Origin: an uncultured beta proteobacterium
GTDB taxonomy: Bacteria > Pseudomonadota > Gammaproteobacteria > Burkholderiales > Burkholderiaceae_C
DNA: 64,000 bases
Assembly: GCA_963846675.1 (NCBI GenBank)
Contig: CAWJWV010000007.1
Location: 760,466 to 824,465 of the forward strand
Reading direction: 5' to 3'
Shown here: positions 35,783-51,207 of the stretch, in pieces
Layout: each line of letters starts with the position of its first letter
How positions within the stretch are numbered: position 1 is the first letter of the stretch
The notes under the pieces: model-generated
What the model saw: only the letters and a program-made list of their open reading frames with translations
Databases searched by the model: none
Told to the model about the DNA's origin: nothing
Program-made: the position numbers and the translations under genes

Positions 35783-36677
35783 ATGAATCGCATAGGCCTG
35801 ATCGTTACCGGCGCGTTGATCGTGCTGATGTTGGCATTCTCGACCCTGTTCATCGTCGACCAGCGGCAGTACGCCGTGATCTACGCGCTCGGCGAGATCA
35901 AGAAGGTGGTGACCGAACCCGGCTTGAATTTCAAGCTGCCGCCGCCGTTCCAGAACGTCGTCTTCCTCGATCGGCGCGTCCAGACCCTGGACAGCCCGGA
36001 GACGCGTCCGATCTTCACGGCCGAGAAGAAGGCGCTGGTGATCGACTGGCTGATCAAGTGGCGGATCGACGATCCGCGCCAGTTCATCCGCAACAACGGC
36101 GTCGACATCCGCAACCTCGAGAATCGCGCTGAGCCCGGTGGTGCAGGCCGCTTTCAACGAAGAGGTCACCAAGCGCACGGTGCAGGAGATGCTCGCCACC
36201 GACCGTGACCGGGTGATGCAGGGTGTGCGCGAGCGACTGGCCGACGAAGCCAAGTCGTTCGGTATCCAGATCGTCGACGTGCGCATCAAGCGGGTCGACT
36301 TCTCGGCCAACATCACCGATTCGATCTATCGCCGCATGGAGTCCGAGCGCAAGCGCGTTGCCAACGAACTGCGTTCGACCGGCGCAGCCGAGAGCGAGAA
36401 GATCCGCGCCGATGCCGACCGGCAGCGCGATGTGATCGTCGCCGAGGCCTACCGGGACGCACAGAAGGTCAAGGGCGAGGGCGATGCGCAGGCGGCGGCG
36501 CTGTATGCCGAGGCGTTCGGCCGCGATCCGCAGTTCGCCAAGTTCTATCGCAGCCTCGAGGCCTATCGAGCCAGTTTCCGCAACAAGTCCGACGTGTCGT
36601 GCGTCGACCCCAGCAGCGAGTTCTTCCGGGCCATGCGCGGTGGCGCTGCCACCCCGGCTCCGGCTGCCGGCCAGTAG
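35783..36677 (+). CDS. hflC: FtsH modulator HflC (frameshifted)
   Basis: EPGLNFKLP, DVRIKRVD, RMESER, GEGDA and FYRSLEAY. Confidence 0.94.
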
Positions 36678-36695
36678 GCGTCGGAGCCGGCGCCG

Positions 36696-36884
36696 GTGGG
36701 AGACCTGCTGCTTGCTGCGCTGGCACTGATGCTGGTGGTCGAGGGCCTGCTTCCGTTCTTCAATCCTGCGGCGTGGCGGCGCGTCTTCGAGCGTGCCGTT
36801 CGCATGAGCGATGGACAGATCCGTTTCGTCGGACTGTCCAGCATGCTGGCCGGGGTCGTGATGCTGCTGCTGTTCTGGAACTAG
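36696..36884 (+). CDS. DUF2065/YjeT small membrane protein
   Basis: LVVEGLLPF..P..WR..DGQIRFVGL; follows hflC. Confidence 0.88.
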   Translation: MGDLLLAALALMLVVEGLLPFFNPAAWRRVFERAVRMSDGQIRFVGLSSMLAGVVMLLLFWN

Positions 36885-36955
36885 ACTCGCCGACGCAGCC
36901 CGCGGTCACCGGCCGGCGGCATGCCGGGTCCGCGCCGGTACAATGCCGTTTTTAA

Positions 36956-39547
<2,592 letters not shown>

Positions 39548-39584
39548 CCATTCCTGACCGCCCATCCTCGCACGAGGAACTTCA

Positions 39585-40110
39585 ATGCTGACCGACGACG
39601 GCAAACACCTGTATGTCTCCTGGGACGAATACCACCTGCTGATCGAACGTCTGGCGCTGAAGGTGCATGCGCTCGGGCTGGGAGTTCGACCAGATCCTGT
39701 GTCTGGCGCGCGGCGGCATGCGCCCGGGTGACGTGTTGTCGCGCGTGTTCGACAAGCCGCTGGCGATCATGTCGACGAGCAGCTACCGCGCCGAGGCCGG
39801 CACGATCCAGGGCCGGCTCGACATGGCCAAGTACATCACGATGCCGACGCGGCGAACTTGCCGGCCGGGTGCTGCTGGTCGACGACCTGGCCGATTCGGG
39901 TGTCACGCTGCGCGCGGTGGTCGATCGCCTGCGCGGCATGCCGTCGATCGCCGAACTGCGCTCGGCGGTGATCTGGACCAAGGGCGTCTCGACCTACACG
40001 CCCGACTACTACGTCGAGCTGCTGCCCGACGAGCCCGTGGATCCATCAGCCGTTCGAGGACTACGACGACACTGCGCCCCGAAGGACTGGCACGCAAGTT
40101 CGTCATCTGA
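39585..40110 (+). CDS. purine phosphoribosyltransferase-family protein (frameshifted)
   Basis: [14 protein letters not shown] and PRPP-binding motif [13 protein letters not shown]. Confidence 0.88.
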
Positions 40111-40202
40111 GTAGCCGCGAACGCATCGAGCGCGCGGCGATCGACGTCCACCGTTCAAGGCGATGCGCGCAGCGCATGCGCGCCGACGGCCGCCGACCGG
40201 GC

Positions 40203-40240
40203 AAACAAAAGCCGGCTGTCACATGCGTGAGAGCCGGTTC
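40203..40240 (-). terminator. intrinsic terminator downstream of tRNA-Leu
   Basis: On the minus strand, the CCGGCT-cTCAC/GTGAc-AGCCGG hairpin is followed by CTTTTGTTT. It could also act for the converging + strand operon. Confidence 0.7.
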
Positions 40241-40304
40241 TGTTCGCGGATCTGCATCGACACTCGCATCAGAGCTTGCTGTCTCTTCACTTGTCTGCTA
40301 TCTT

Positions 40305-40389
<85 letters not shown>

Positions 40390-40405
40390 ATCTCAGGAAA
40401 CCGAG

Positions 40406-40435
40406 ATTCTATCATCAAAAAAACAGACTTCACAA
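40406..40435 (-). promoter_or_regulatory. putative tRNA-Leu promoter
   Basis: Minus strand TTGTGA (40435-40430), N18, TAGAAT (40411-40406), 16 nt upstream of the tRNA. Confidence 0.5.
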
Positions 40436-40459
40436 GTAGTTCGCACCGCATCGGCCGAT

Positions 40460-42706
40460 CTGCTGAACGAGGTCGAAGGCACCGTCCAAGGACATCGCGA
40501 TGGCCATGGCTTCGTCGTGCGCGACGATGGCCAGCCCGACCTGTACCTGGCGCCGCAGGAGATGCGTGCCGTGCTGCATCGCGATCGCGTCAAGGCGCGC
40601 GTCATCCGGGTCGATCGGCGGGGCCGGCCCGAGGCGCGCGTGCTCGAGATCCTCGAGCGGCGCAAGACGCCGATCATCGGACGCCTGCTCAACGAGAGCG
40701 GCGTCTGGCTGGTGGCACCGGAGGATCGGCGCTACGGCCAGGACATCCTGGTGCCGAAGAACGCCACCGCCAATGCGACCGCCGGGCAGGTCGTGGCGAT
40801 CGAACTGACCGAGCCGCCATCGATGTATTCGCAGCCGGTCGGTCGTGTCACCGAGGTGCTCGGCGAAATCGACGATCCCGGCATGGAGATCGAGATCGCG
40901 GTGCGCAAGTACGAGGTGCCGCATCGCTTCGAGCCCGAGACGCTGGCCCAGGCGGCGAGCCTGCCCGACAAGCTGCGCGCGGCCGACCTGCGCCACCGCA
41001 TCGACCTGCGCGACGTCGCCGCTGGTCACGATCGACGGCGAGGACGCGCGCGACTTCGACGACGCGGTCTACTGCGAGCCGATCACGACCGGCCGCTCGA
41101 AGACGCCGAATGCCTGGCGGCTGGTGGTCGCGATTGCCGACGTCAGCCACTACGTCAAGCCGGGCGAGCCGCTCGACGAGGATGCCTACGAGCGCGCGAC
41201 CTCGGTCTACTTCCCGCGCCGCGTGATTCCGATGCTGCCCGAGAAGCTGTCGAACGGCCTGTGTTCGCTCAATCCGGACGAGGACCGGCTGGCGATGGTG
41301 TGCGACATGATCGTCGACGGCAACGGCGTCGATCGATGCCTACCAGTTCTTTCCGGCGGTGATCCGCTCGCATGCGCGCTTCACCTACACCGAGGTGGCG
41401 GCGATCCTGATCAATACCCGCGGCCCGGAGGCGGCGCGGCGCGCCGAGCGGGTGCAGGATCTGCTGCACCTGAACGATGTCTACCGCGCGCTGCTGAAGG
41501 AGCGCACTCGGCGCGGCGCGGTCGACTTCGAGACCACCGAGACGCAGATCGTGTGCGACGAGAACGGCCGGATCGAGAAGATCGTTCCGCGCACGCGCAC
41601 CGAGGCGCACAAGCTGATCGAGGAGTCGATGCTCGCGGCCAATGTCTGCGCGGCCGATTTCATCGCGCTCGCACAAGCATCCGAGCGCTGTACCGGGTGC
41701 ACGAGGGGCCGACGCCCGAGAAGACCGACGCTGCTGCAGAACTATCTGCGCTCGCTCGGCCTCGGACTGGGCGTCAGCGACGATCCGACGCCGGGTGAAT
41801 TCCAGGCGATCGCCGCGGCGACCAAGGACCGCGTCGATGCGATGCAGATCCACACCATGCTGCTGCGCTCGATGCAGCAGGCGATCTACACCGCCGACCA
41901 ACAGCGGCCACTTCGGTCTGGCGTACCAGGCCTATACCCACTTCACGAGCCCGATCCGGCGCTATCCGGATCTGCTGGTGCACCGCGTCATCAAGGCGCT
42001 GCTGGCCGGCAAGCGCTACCACCTCGCGACTGGCCACGGTCAAGACGCCGGCGCCGCAGCGGCGCGCCGCGCCAGCGCAGCGCGAATGCCAAGCCGGCGC
42101 AGACGACGGTCGAGCACGCAGGCCTGGGAGGCTGCCGGCGCCCATTGCAGCGCCAACGAGCGGCGCGCCGACGAGGCGTCGCGCGATGTCGAGGCCTGGC
42201 TCAAGTGCCGCTACATGCGCGAGCACCTCGGCGAGGAATTCTCCGGCACCGTCAGTGCCGCGACCAGCTTCGGCCTGTTCGTGCAGCTCGACAGCCTGTA
42301 TGTCGAAGGGCTGGTGCACATCACCGAACTCGGCGGCGAATACTTCCGCTTCGACGAGGTGCGCCAGGAGCTGCGCGGCGAACGCACCGGCGTGCGCTAT
42401 GCGATCGGATCGCGGGTGCGGGTGCAGGTCAGCCGAGTCGATCTCGACGGCCGCAAGATCGATTTCCGCATGGTGCGCGACGCCGAGCGAGGATGCAGCG
42501 CTGGCGCGCGCCCGGCGCGATCGCAACCAGACCGCGGTGGCCGAACTGGCAGCGTCAAGGAAGGCGATCGTGCGGTCAAGCGGCCACCAAGCGGCTCGGG
42601 CCGCGCGGTGCCGCCAAGCCGGCGGACGCGCCGACGCATCCGGTGCAGGCGGCCAAGGCGGCCGCCCGCAAGGCGCCGACAGGGCGGCGGCAGCAAGCGG
42701 CGCTGA
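40460..42706 (+). CDS. rnr: ribonuclease R (frameshifted; start codon unresolved)
   Basis: [58 protein letters not shown]1 domain and a basic tail. Confidence 0.95.
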
Positions 42707-42728
42707 CGCCGCCGGCGCGGCGTCAGCG

Positions 42729-44270
42729 TCAGCGGCGCCTGCGCGCGCCATCAGCTCGATCAGGTCGGCCGCGCGCAGCACGGCCCGACCGCTGCGCTCG
42801 GCCGCGGCGCCATGCCACCAGACGGCGCGCGACGCGCTGTCGAACGCGCATTGCATCGCGGATCGCCGGATCGCCCGATCCGGCACCGGATGCGCTGCTC
42901 CAGGCGCCGGCCAGCCAGCCGGCGAGCACATCGCCGGTGCCGGCGGTCGCCAGTGCGGCATTGCCGCTCGGGTTGATGCGCGGCACCTGATGCGGGCGCG
43001 GCGATCACGCTGCCGGAGCCCTTCAGCACGACCACCGCACCGGTCTGTGCGCACAGCGCGCGGGCGGCGCCGAGGCGGTCGGACTGGACCGCCTGCGGCA
43101 TCGCTGCCGAGCAGCCGGGCGGCCTCGAGCGGGTGCGGGGTCAGCACGCTGGCCAGGCCGCGCGCTGCGCGCCGCTGCAGCAGGACGAGCAGGGACGGGT
43201 CGCGCGCGATTGCATTCAGCGCGTCGGCGTCGAGCACCAGGCGCGCCGCCTGTTCGCAGCAGGCGCGGCAGCAACGGTCGCGATCGCCAGCGCCGCCGCC
43301 GCAGCCGCAGACGACCGTTGCCTGCTGCAGGGCGGCGTCGTCGAAGCCGTCGCAGATCAGCGGCGCCACATCAGCTCCGGTCGCAGCGCATCGAGCAGGC
43401 CGGCGTGCGGATCGAGCGGTACCACGAACACCCTGCCAGCGCCCGCGGCGTGGGCCGCCCGCGCGCACAGCAGCGCAGCGCCGAGCATGCCGTGGGCACC
43501 GGCGACCGCGATCACGTCGCCGAAGCTGCCTTTGTGCTGCGCGTGCAGCCGCGCCGGCCGTGGCACCGCCGTCGCCCGCCTGCAGCCAGGCATCGGGCGC
43601 CAGCTGGTCGGCGGCGGCGCCGAGCGGGTCGAGCCAGACCGTGCCGGCGTGGTCGCGCCCGTCGGCCGGTGAACAGGCCCGGCTTCAGCGTCAGCAGCGA
43701 CAGCGTGTGGCTGGCGCGGACCGCGACCTCGCCGAGGCGCCGCCCGGTATCGGGATCGATGCCGGTCGGCAGGTCGACCGCGAGCACCGGGCAGGCGAGG
43801 CGGTTCAGAAGCGTCGATCGTCTCGGCCAGCTGGCCGGCGGTGCACGGGCGCTGCCGAGGCCGAGCAGCGCGTCGATGGCCAGCGCCTCGGCATTCAGCG
43901 CCTGCGCCTGCGGCGGCCGGGGTTCGACCGTCAGCCCGGCTGCATGGGCGCGCCGCAAGGCGGCTGCCGCATCGGTCGGCAGGCGTGCCGCGTCGCCGGT
44001 CAGCGTCAGGTGCACCCGCCGCCCCTGCGCATGCAGTCGCGTCGCTGCCTCGATGCCGTCGCCGCCGTTGTTGCCCGGACCGGCGGCGATCCAGATCCGA
44101 TCGGCGTGCGGCGCAATCGCCAGCGCCAGCCGCGCCAGCGACAGGCCGGCGCGCTCCATCAGCGTCGCTGCCGTGACCGGCAGCGCCGCCTGCGTGGCAG
44201 CTTCGAGGGCGCGGGTGGCATGGCTGGCGTGCAGGCGGTGGGAGCGGTGGACGGGCAGGATCCGGTGCAT
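42729..44270 (-). CDS. nnr: bifunctional NAD(P)HX epimerase/dehydratase (YjeF/Nnr), many frameshifts
   Basis: LMERAG, GPGNNGGDG, DALLGLG, AVDLPTG, HKGSFG, LDADALN, LTPHPLEAARLL, LKGSGS and LATAGTGDVLAG. Confidence 0.9.
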
Positions 44271-44307
44271 GCCCGATTGAAGCATGTCCGGCGCCGGCCG
44301 GAGCGAC

Positions 44308-45610
44308 TCAGTTGCGCAGCCGCTCGATGCCAAGCCCTTCCGGGTCGATGCTGGCCGGACGCCCGCCGACCAGGTCGGCGAGCAGCCGGGCCGACCCGTT
44401 GGCCATCGCCCAGCCGCTCGATCCATGGCCGAGGTTGAGCCAGACGCCCGGTGACGCCGCTGGCGCCGATCACCGGCGGCCCGTCGGGCAGCATCGGTCG
44501 CGCACCTTTCCAGAACTGGGCCTGCGCCGATGCGAGCCGAGCCGGGGAACCAGTCGTCGAGCACATGGCGCAGTGTTGCCAGCGCGGCCGGGTTGCTGCG
44601 GTCCAGCGAGCCGCCGATCTCGGCGCTGCCCGCCACGCGCAGGCGGTTGCCGATCCGGCTGATCGAGACCTTGTAGCGTTCGTCCATGACGCCCGAGCTC
44701 GGCCCCGGCGTCCGCCTCGCCATGAACCTCGCGCATCGGTGCGGTGATCGAGTAGCCGTGCACCGCGAGCAGCGGCAGCTTCAGACCGAGCGGTGCGAGC
44801 AGCCGGCGCGAGTCGAGGGCGGCGCAGACGACCACAGCGTCGAATTCGTCGGCCTGCGGTACCGGCGGCCGGGCTGCCGCACCGGCCTGCGGCGGTCGCG
44901 GCGCCCAATGCAGCACCGGCCGTGGCCCGCCGGCGATCGCCGTCACGTCGGCGTGGAAGCAGAAACGCGCGCCGAGCGTCTCGGCCTCACGCCGCAGCAC
45001 CTGCGCGAACTGGCGGCAGTTGGCGACCTCGTCGTCGACGACGTGGATGCCCGCGTGCAGCGGCGTCGCCGGATTCAGGCCCGGTTCGACACGGCGGCAG
45101 CCTTCGGCATCGAGCAGTTCGTGGCGCACGCCGAGGTCGGCGAGCAGCTTCAGACCAGGCCGGGCGAGTTCCAGGTCCTCGGCGCGCCGCAGCAGCACCA
45201 GGTAACCCTGGCCGCGTTCGACGTCGAGGTGCAGCAGTCGCGTCAGCATCAGGCGGCGATTGCGCCCGGCGTGCGCCAGGCGGTGCATGCGGCCGCGGTT
45301 GCGCTCGTAGGTCTCGAGTCTGCAGCTGCGCCACCATTGCCACAGCCAGCGGCTGCCGCCCGGGCCGAGGCGTCCGCCGATGCGCAGCGGCGCATGCCGG
45401 CTCAGGCAGTGGCGCAACAGCTTGCCGGGCATGCCGGGCGCTGCCCAGGGCGTGACATAGCCGGGCGCGAGCACGCCGGCATTGGCGAAGCTGCCTTCGG
45501 CGGCGACGCTGCCGCAGCGTTCGAATACGCGTGACCTGGTGGCCGTCGTGGGCGAGCTCGAACGCAGTCGTGACGCCGACGATGCCGGCGCCGATCACGG
45601 CGACCCGCAT
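44308..45610 (-). CDS. D-amino acid dehydrogenase-like FAD oxidoreductase (frameshifted)
   Basis: VAVIGAGIVG, TPWAAPGMP, GYSITAP, RLRVAGSAE and GARPMLPDGPPVIG. Confidence 0.88.
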
Positions 45611-47010
45611 TCAGGCGGACCGGCCGGAGTCTCGGCCGAGCGCCGCCTCGATCGCGAGCGACGCGTCGAGCACTTCGTCGTCGGCCAGCGCGCGCTGCCA
45701 GACCATCAGGCCGACCGGCAGCTGCCCCGGCGCGTGGCACGGCAGCGACAGCGCGCAGCCGTCGAGCAGGTTGATCACCGACGGATTGCGCAGCAGCAGT
45801 GCGTTGTGGCGGAAGAAGGTCGCGTCGTCGTCGCGCAGCGCGGCGATCGGCGGCGCCACGATCGGCACCGTCGGGCTCAGCATCACGTCGTGGCGACGCA
45901 GCCGGTTCGACATCCGGGCGATCCAGTCGGCACGCGCGTGCAGCAGGTCGATGTAGTCGGCAGCGCTCATCGCTGCGCCGCGCCGGATGCGCTGCGGCCA
46001 CGCGCGGGTCGTATTCGTGCTCTCGCGCTCTCCAGGTGGTGCCGGTGCCAGGCCCAGGCCTCGACCGGCGCGAAGCCGCCGCCGGCGGTGATGCTGCCGC
46101 GATCTCGCCGAGCTCGGGCAGCTCGATCGGCTCGATCCGCGCACCGGCCGCGCGACAGTCGCGCCAGCGCGCGCATCGAATGCCGATGGCCACCGCGGGC
46201 TCGAGTTCGTCGAGCATCAGCGTCTGCGGCACGCCGATGCGCAGCGCCGGCGAGCGGCCGGCCGGCCAGCATCGACCGGCCGCGCGGCGATGATGCCGTG
46301 CAGCAGCGACCGCGTCGCGCACCGAGCGGGTGATCGCGCAGACGGTATCGAGCGTGGTCGACAGCGGGATCGGCCCCGTCGGCCGGCGTCAGCCGGGCGG
46401 TGTTCTTGAAGCCGACCAGACCTTGCAGCGCGGCCGGGATGCGGATCGACCCGCCGGTGTCGGAGCCGAGCGCCGCCCACGCGGCGCCGGTGGCGACCGA
46501 GACCGCGCCGCCCGAGGTCGATCCGCCCGGGAATGCGCGGCGTCGGGTCATCCGCGCTGCGCGCCGGATTGACCGGCGTGCCGTGGTGCGGATTGATGCC
46601 GACCCCCGAGAACGCGAACTCGCTCTGGTTGGTGTGGCCGATCAGCGCCGCGCCGGCGCTGCGCAGCCGCTGCACCGCGCGTGCAGTCGGCGCTGCGCCG
46701 GTGGCGCATCGGCGAGCAGGCGCGAGCCGGAGGTGGTGCGCTGCCCCTGGACATCGAACAGCGCCTTGACGCTGACGGCAAGACCGCCGAGCGGCGGCAG
46801 CGGCCCGCCGGCTGCGCCGCAGCGCATCGACCGCCGCGGCCTCGGCGCGGGCGCTGGCATCGAACAGCGTCGAGGAAGGCGTGTTCGCATGCCGGGCTGC
46901 GGGCCGCGCCGAGCGCCGCTTCGAGCAGGGTCGCTGGCATCGGTGCGCCGGCGGCGATCGCGTCGACGCGCCTCGATCAGGTCGGCAAAGGGGGAGGGTA
47001 CAGGGAACAT
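45611..47010 (-). CDS. amidase-signature family amidase (frameshifted)
   Basis: [45 protein letters not shown] and [11 protein letters not shown]. Confidence 0.9.
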
Positions 47011-47018
47011 GCTAGACT
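47010..47018 (+). promoter_or_regulatory. putative extended -10 promoter of rpsB
   Basis: TGcTAGACT ~155 nt upstream of rpsB, overlapping the amidase start codon on the other strand. Confidence 0.5.
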
Positions 47019-47059
47019 CGACGGGTTTATCCGAGACAGGAGCGCAACGCTTCTTGCTC

Positions 47060-47171
47060 GGATCGACAAAATCGCAAACCCGGCTGCTGAAAGGTGTCGC
47101 GGCAGGCGGGGCGAGAGCCCCGGTCGACCCGCGATTCAGGCCGGATTTTAGAACCAACCTTTGGAGTCTCC
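47060..47171 (+). ncRNA. rpsB 5' leader (probable S2 autoregulatory element)
   Basis: Long UTR with a cgcaaaccc..aaggtgtc segment and GC stems. Proteobacterial rpsB leaders are S2-regulated. Boundaries are approximate. Confidence 0.5.
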
Positions 47172-47919
47172 ATGTCTGTCACGATGCGTGAAATGCTGGA
47201 AGCGGGTGTCCATTTCGGACACCAGACCCGCTTCTGGAACCCCAAGATGGCCCCGTACATCTACGGCCATCGCAACAAGATCCACATCATCAACCTCGAG
47301 AAGACGCAGCCGCTCTTCAACGATGCGATGAAGTTCGTGCGCCAGCTGTCAGCCAAGCGCGGCACCATCCTGATGGTCGGCACCAAGCGCCAGGCGCGCG
47401 ACGTGATCGCCCTGGAAGCGCAGCGCGCCGGCATGCCGTTCGTCGACCAGCGCTGGCTCGGCGGCATGCTGACCAACTTCAAGACCGTCAAGGGCTCGAT
47501 CAAGCGCCTGAAGGACATGAAGGCGCAGATCGAGGCCGGCACCGAGATCCGGATCAAGAAGGAAGCGCTGATGTTCCAGCGCGAGCTCGAGAAGCTCGAG
47601 AAGGACATCGGCGGCATCCAGGACATGAACGCGCTGCCCGACGCGCTGTTCGTGATCGACGTCGGCTATCACAAGATCGCGATCGCCGAGGCCAACAAGC
47701 TCGGCATCCCGGTGGTCGGCGATCGTCGACTCGAACCACTCGCCGCTCGGCATCGACTATGTGATCCCGGGCAACGACGACTCGGCCAAGGCGGTCGCGC
47801 TGTACGCCCGTGCGGTCGCTGACGCCGTGCTCGAAGGCAAGGCCAACGCCGGCGCCGATCTGGTGCAGGCGGTGGCGGCCGAAGGCGACGAGTTCGTCGA
47901 AGTCGACGAGAACGCCTGA
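47172..47919 (+). CDS. rpsB: 30S ribosomal protein S2 (1 frameshift at ~47720)
   Basis: [29 protein letters not shown] and IPGNDD. Confidence 0.98.
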
Positions 47920-47956
47920 CGCGTCCGGCCCTGCTCGCCCGCTCCGGGCGAGACGC

Positions 47957-47982
47957 AAAAGGGGCTGCTTCAGCCCCTTTTT
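47957..47982 (+). terminator. intrinsic terminator/attenuator between rpsB and tsf
   Basis: AAAA-GGGGCTG-ctt-CAGCCCC-TTTTT. Confidence 0.85.
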
Positions 47983-48054
47983 CAATGCCCCGCACCTGAT
48001 CAACCGGGCCGGCCGCGACCCGCGGCCCGCCGACCCAGACAACGGAGAAAAGAG

Positions 48055-48977
48055 ATGCCCGCAATCACCGCCAGCATGGTCGCCGCGCTGCGTGCCAAGA
48101 CCGACGCGCCGATGATGGAGTGCAAGAAGGCCCTGACCGAGGCCGACGGCGACATGCGATCGCGCCGAGGAACTGCTGCGCATCAAGCTCGGCAGCAAGG
48201 CCGGCAAGGCCGCCTCGCGCATCACCGCCGAAGGCGTCGTCGCGGCAAGCGTCGAGGGCAGCACCGGCGCGCTGGTCGAGGTCAACTGCGAGACCGACTT
48301 CGTGACCAAGAACGACTCGTTCCTCGCCTTCGCGCAGGGCTGCGCCGACCTGGTCCGCCAGCACGCGCCGGCCGACATCGAGGCGCTGTCGGCGCTCGCG
48401 TACAGCCAGGACGGCTTCGGCCCGACGCTCGAGGAGGTGCGCAAGGGCCTGATCGGCAAGATCGGCGAGAACATGACGATCCGCCGCTTCAAGCGCTATG
48501 CCGATGGCGGCAAGCTCGCGTCGTACCTGCACGGCACCCGCATCGGCGTGCTGGTCGAGTTCGAAGGCGACGAGGTGGCGGCCAAGGACGTCGCGATGCA
48601 CGTTGCCGCGATGAAGCCGGTTGCGCTGTCGTCGGCCGAGGTGCCGGCCGAGCTGATCGAGAAGGAGCGCAAGATCGCCGCTGAGAAGGCGGCCGAGGAT
48701 GGCGCTGCCGCGACTGCCGCCGGCAAGCCGGCGCAGTCGCCCGAGATCGTCGCCAAGCGCGTCGAAGGCTCGGTGCAGAAGTACCTGAAGGAGGTCAGCC
48801 TGTTCAACCAGACCTTCGTCAAGAACGACAAGCAGACGGTCGAGCAGATGCTCAAGGCGCAGAACACGACGCGTCAAGGGCTTCACGCTGTACGTCGTCG
48901 GCGAGGGCATCGAGAAGAAGGCCGACGATTTCGCGGCCGAGGTCGCGGCGCAGGTGGCTGCTGCCAAGGGCGGCTGA
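48055..48977 (+). CDS. tsf: elongation factor Ts (frameshifted)
   Basis: [27 protein letters not shown] and VGEGIEKK. Confidence 0.97.
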
Positions 48978-49071
48978 GTCATCCGTCGATCGCCCGGCGT
49001 GCTGGGCGCCTGACGGCGCCGCCGCTAGACTGCGCTCCGGGCCGTCTGCCCGAACGAACCGAACCAGATCC

Positions 49072-49786
49072 ATGCCCGCTGCCTACAAGCGCATCCTGCT
49101 TGAAGCTCTCCGGTGAGGCCCTGATGGGCGACGATGCCTACGGCATCAACCGCGCGACGATCGTGCGCATGGTGCGCGAGGTGCGCGAGGTCACCGAACT
49201 CGGCTGCGAGGTCGCGGTCGTGATCGGCGGCGGCAACATCTTCCGGGGTGTGGCGGGCGGTGCGGTCGGCATGGACCGGGCGACGGCCGACTACATGGGG
49301 ATGCTCGCGACCGTGATGAATGCGCTGGCGCTGGCCGACACGATGCGCCTGGAGGGCATGACCGCGCGCGTGATGTCGGCGATCGCGATCGATCAGGTGG
49401 TCGAGCCGTACGTGCGGCCGAAGGCGCTGCAGTACCTCGAGGAAGGCAAGGTCGTCGTCTTTGCCGGCGGTACCGGCAATCCGTTCTTCACCACCGACAC
49501 CGCCGCCGCGCTGCGCGGCGCCGAGATCGGCGCCGAGATCGTGCTCAAGGCGACCAAGGTCGATGGTGTCTACACTGCCGATCCGAAGCTCGATCCGACC
49601 GCCACGCGTTATGCACGGATCAGTTTCGACGAGGCGATCGCGCGCAATCTGCAGGTGCTCGATGCGACTGCATTCGCGCTGTGTCGCGACCAGAAACTGC
49701 CGATCAAGGTGTTCAGCATCTTCAAGCCCGGCGCGCTGAAACGGGTGGTGCTGGGCGAGGACGAAGGGACGCTGGTCCATGTGTGA
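49072..49786 (+). CDS. pyrH: UMP kinase (frameshift near 5' end)
   Basis: [24 protein letters not shown] and [10 protein letters not shown]. Confidence 0.97.
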
Positions 49787-49837
49787 GGCCGCCGCGCCGG
49801 TCGCCGCGCAGACCGGCCAGCAGACCAGGGAGCTGTC

Positions 49838-50400
49838 ATGAGCATTGCTGATATCAAGAAAACCGCCGAACAGAAGATGGCCAAGTCCATCGACGTCGTT
49901 CAAGGCCGACCTGCAGAAGATCCGCACCGGCCGCGCACATCCTGGCATCCTCGACCAGGTGCTGGTCGACTACTACGGATCACCGGTGCCGATCAGCCAG
50001 GTCGCCAACGTGACGCTGCTCGATGCGCGCACGCTGAGCGTGCAGCCGTGGGAGAAGGGCATGGGCGGGAAGATCGAGCGCGCGATCCGCGAGAGCGAGC
50101 TCGGCCTGAATCCGTCGTCGCAGGGCGACCTGCTGCGCGTGCCGATGCCGGCGCTTGACCGAGGAGCGTCGCCGCGACCTGACCAAGGTCGTGCGCAGCG
50201 CCGGCGAGGACGCGAAGATCGCGGTGCGCAACCAGCGGCGCGAGGCCAACGAGCATGCCAAGAAGCTGCTCAAGGACAAGGCGATCACCGAGGACGAGGA
50301 GCGCCGTTCGCTCGACGAGGTGCAGAAGCTGACCGACCGCACGATCGCCGAGATCGACCGGCTGATCACCGGCAAGGAAGCCGAGATCATGGCGGTCTGA
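49838..50400 (+). CDS. frr: ribosome recycling factor (frameshifted)
   Basis: IRTGRA, DYYG, LGLNP, TEERR and KEAEIMAV. Confidence 0.96.
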
Positions 50401-50453
50401 CCGCTGCCGCTTCGTCCGAGCCGATCGATCCGCAACCGCTGAGGAAGCCTGAC

Positions 50454-51207
50454 TTGTCCGTACTGAATCCGGGTCCGGTGCCGCGCCACGTCGCGATCGT
50501 GATGGACGGAAACGGGCGTTGGGCGCGGCAGCGCATGATGCCGCGCTTCGTCGGCCACAAGCAGGGCGTCGACGCGGTGCTGAAGACGGTGCGCGCATGT
50601 GCCGACCGCGGCATCGATTTTCTGACCGTCTTCGCGTTTTCCTCCGAGAACTGGAAGCGCCCGCATGACGAGGTGTCCGGTCTGATGGAACTGGTGCTCG
50701 TCGCGGTGTCCAAATACCTCGGGCGGCTGGCCGAGGACGGGGTGCGTGTGCGCATCATCGGCGACCGGTCGCAGCTGTCGGACAAGCTGCGCGCAGCCTG
50801 GGATGCAGCCGAGAGCAAGACGCGCGACAACCGGCGCATCACCCTGTCGGTGGCATTCAACTATGGCGGCCGCTGGGACATCGTGCAGGCATGCCGGCAG
50901 GCGATCCGTGCCGGCATCGCGCCCGACGAGCTCGACGAGCAACGGCTCGGCAGCTTCATGTCGCTCGCCTACGCGCCCGATCCGGACCTGTTCATCCGCA
51001 CCGGCGGTGAGGTGCGGATCAGCAATTTCCTGCTCTGGCAGAGCGCCTATTCGGAGCTGCTGTTCAGCGACTGCCTGTGGCCCGAATTCGATGCCGCACG
51101 ACTCGACGCCGCGCTGGCCGAATATGCCCGGCGTGACCGCCGTTTCGGCATGGTCAAGGACGCCGACGCCGCCGGTGACGGCGTCGAACGCCGATTCCGC
51201 ATGCTGA
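50454..51207 (+). CDS. uppS: undecaprenyl diphosphate synthase
   Basis: [27 protein letters not shown] and [15 protein letters not shown]. The true stop is probably TGA 51205-51207 after correcting one insertion. Confidence 0.94.
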
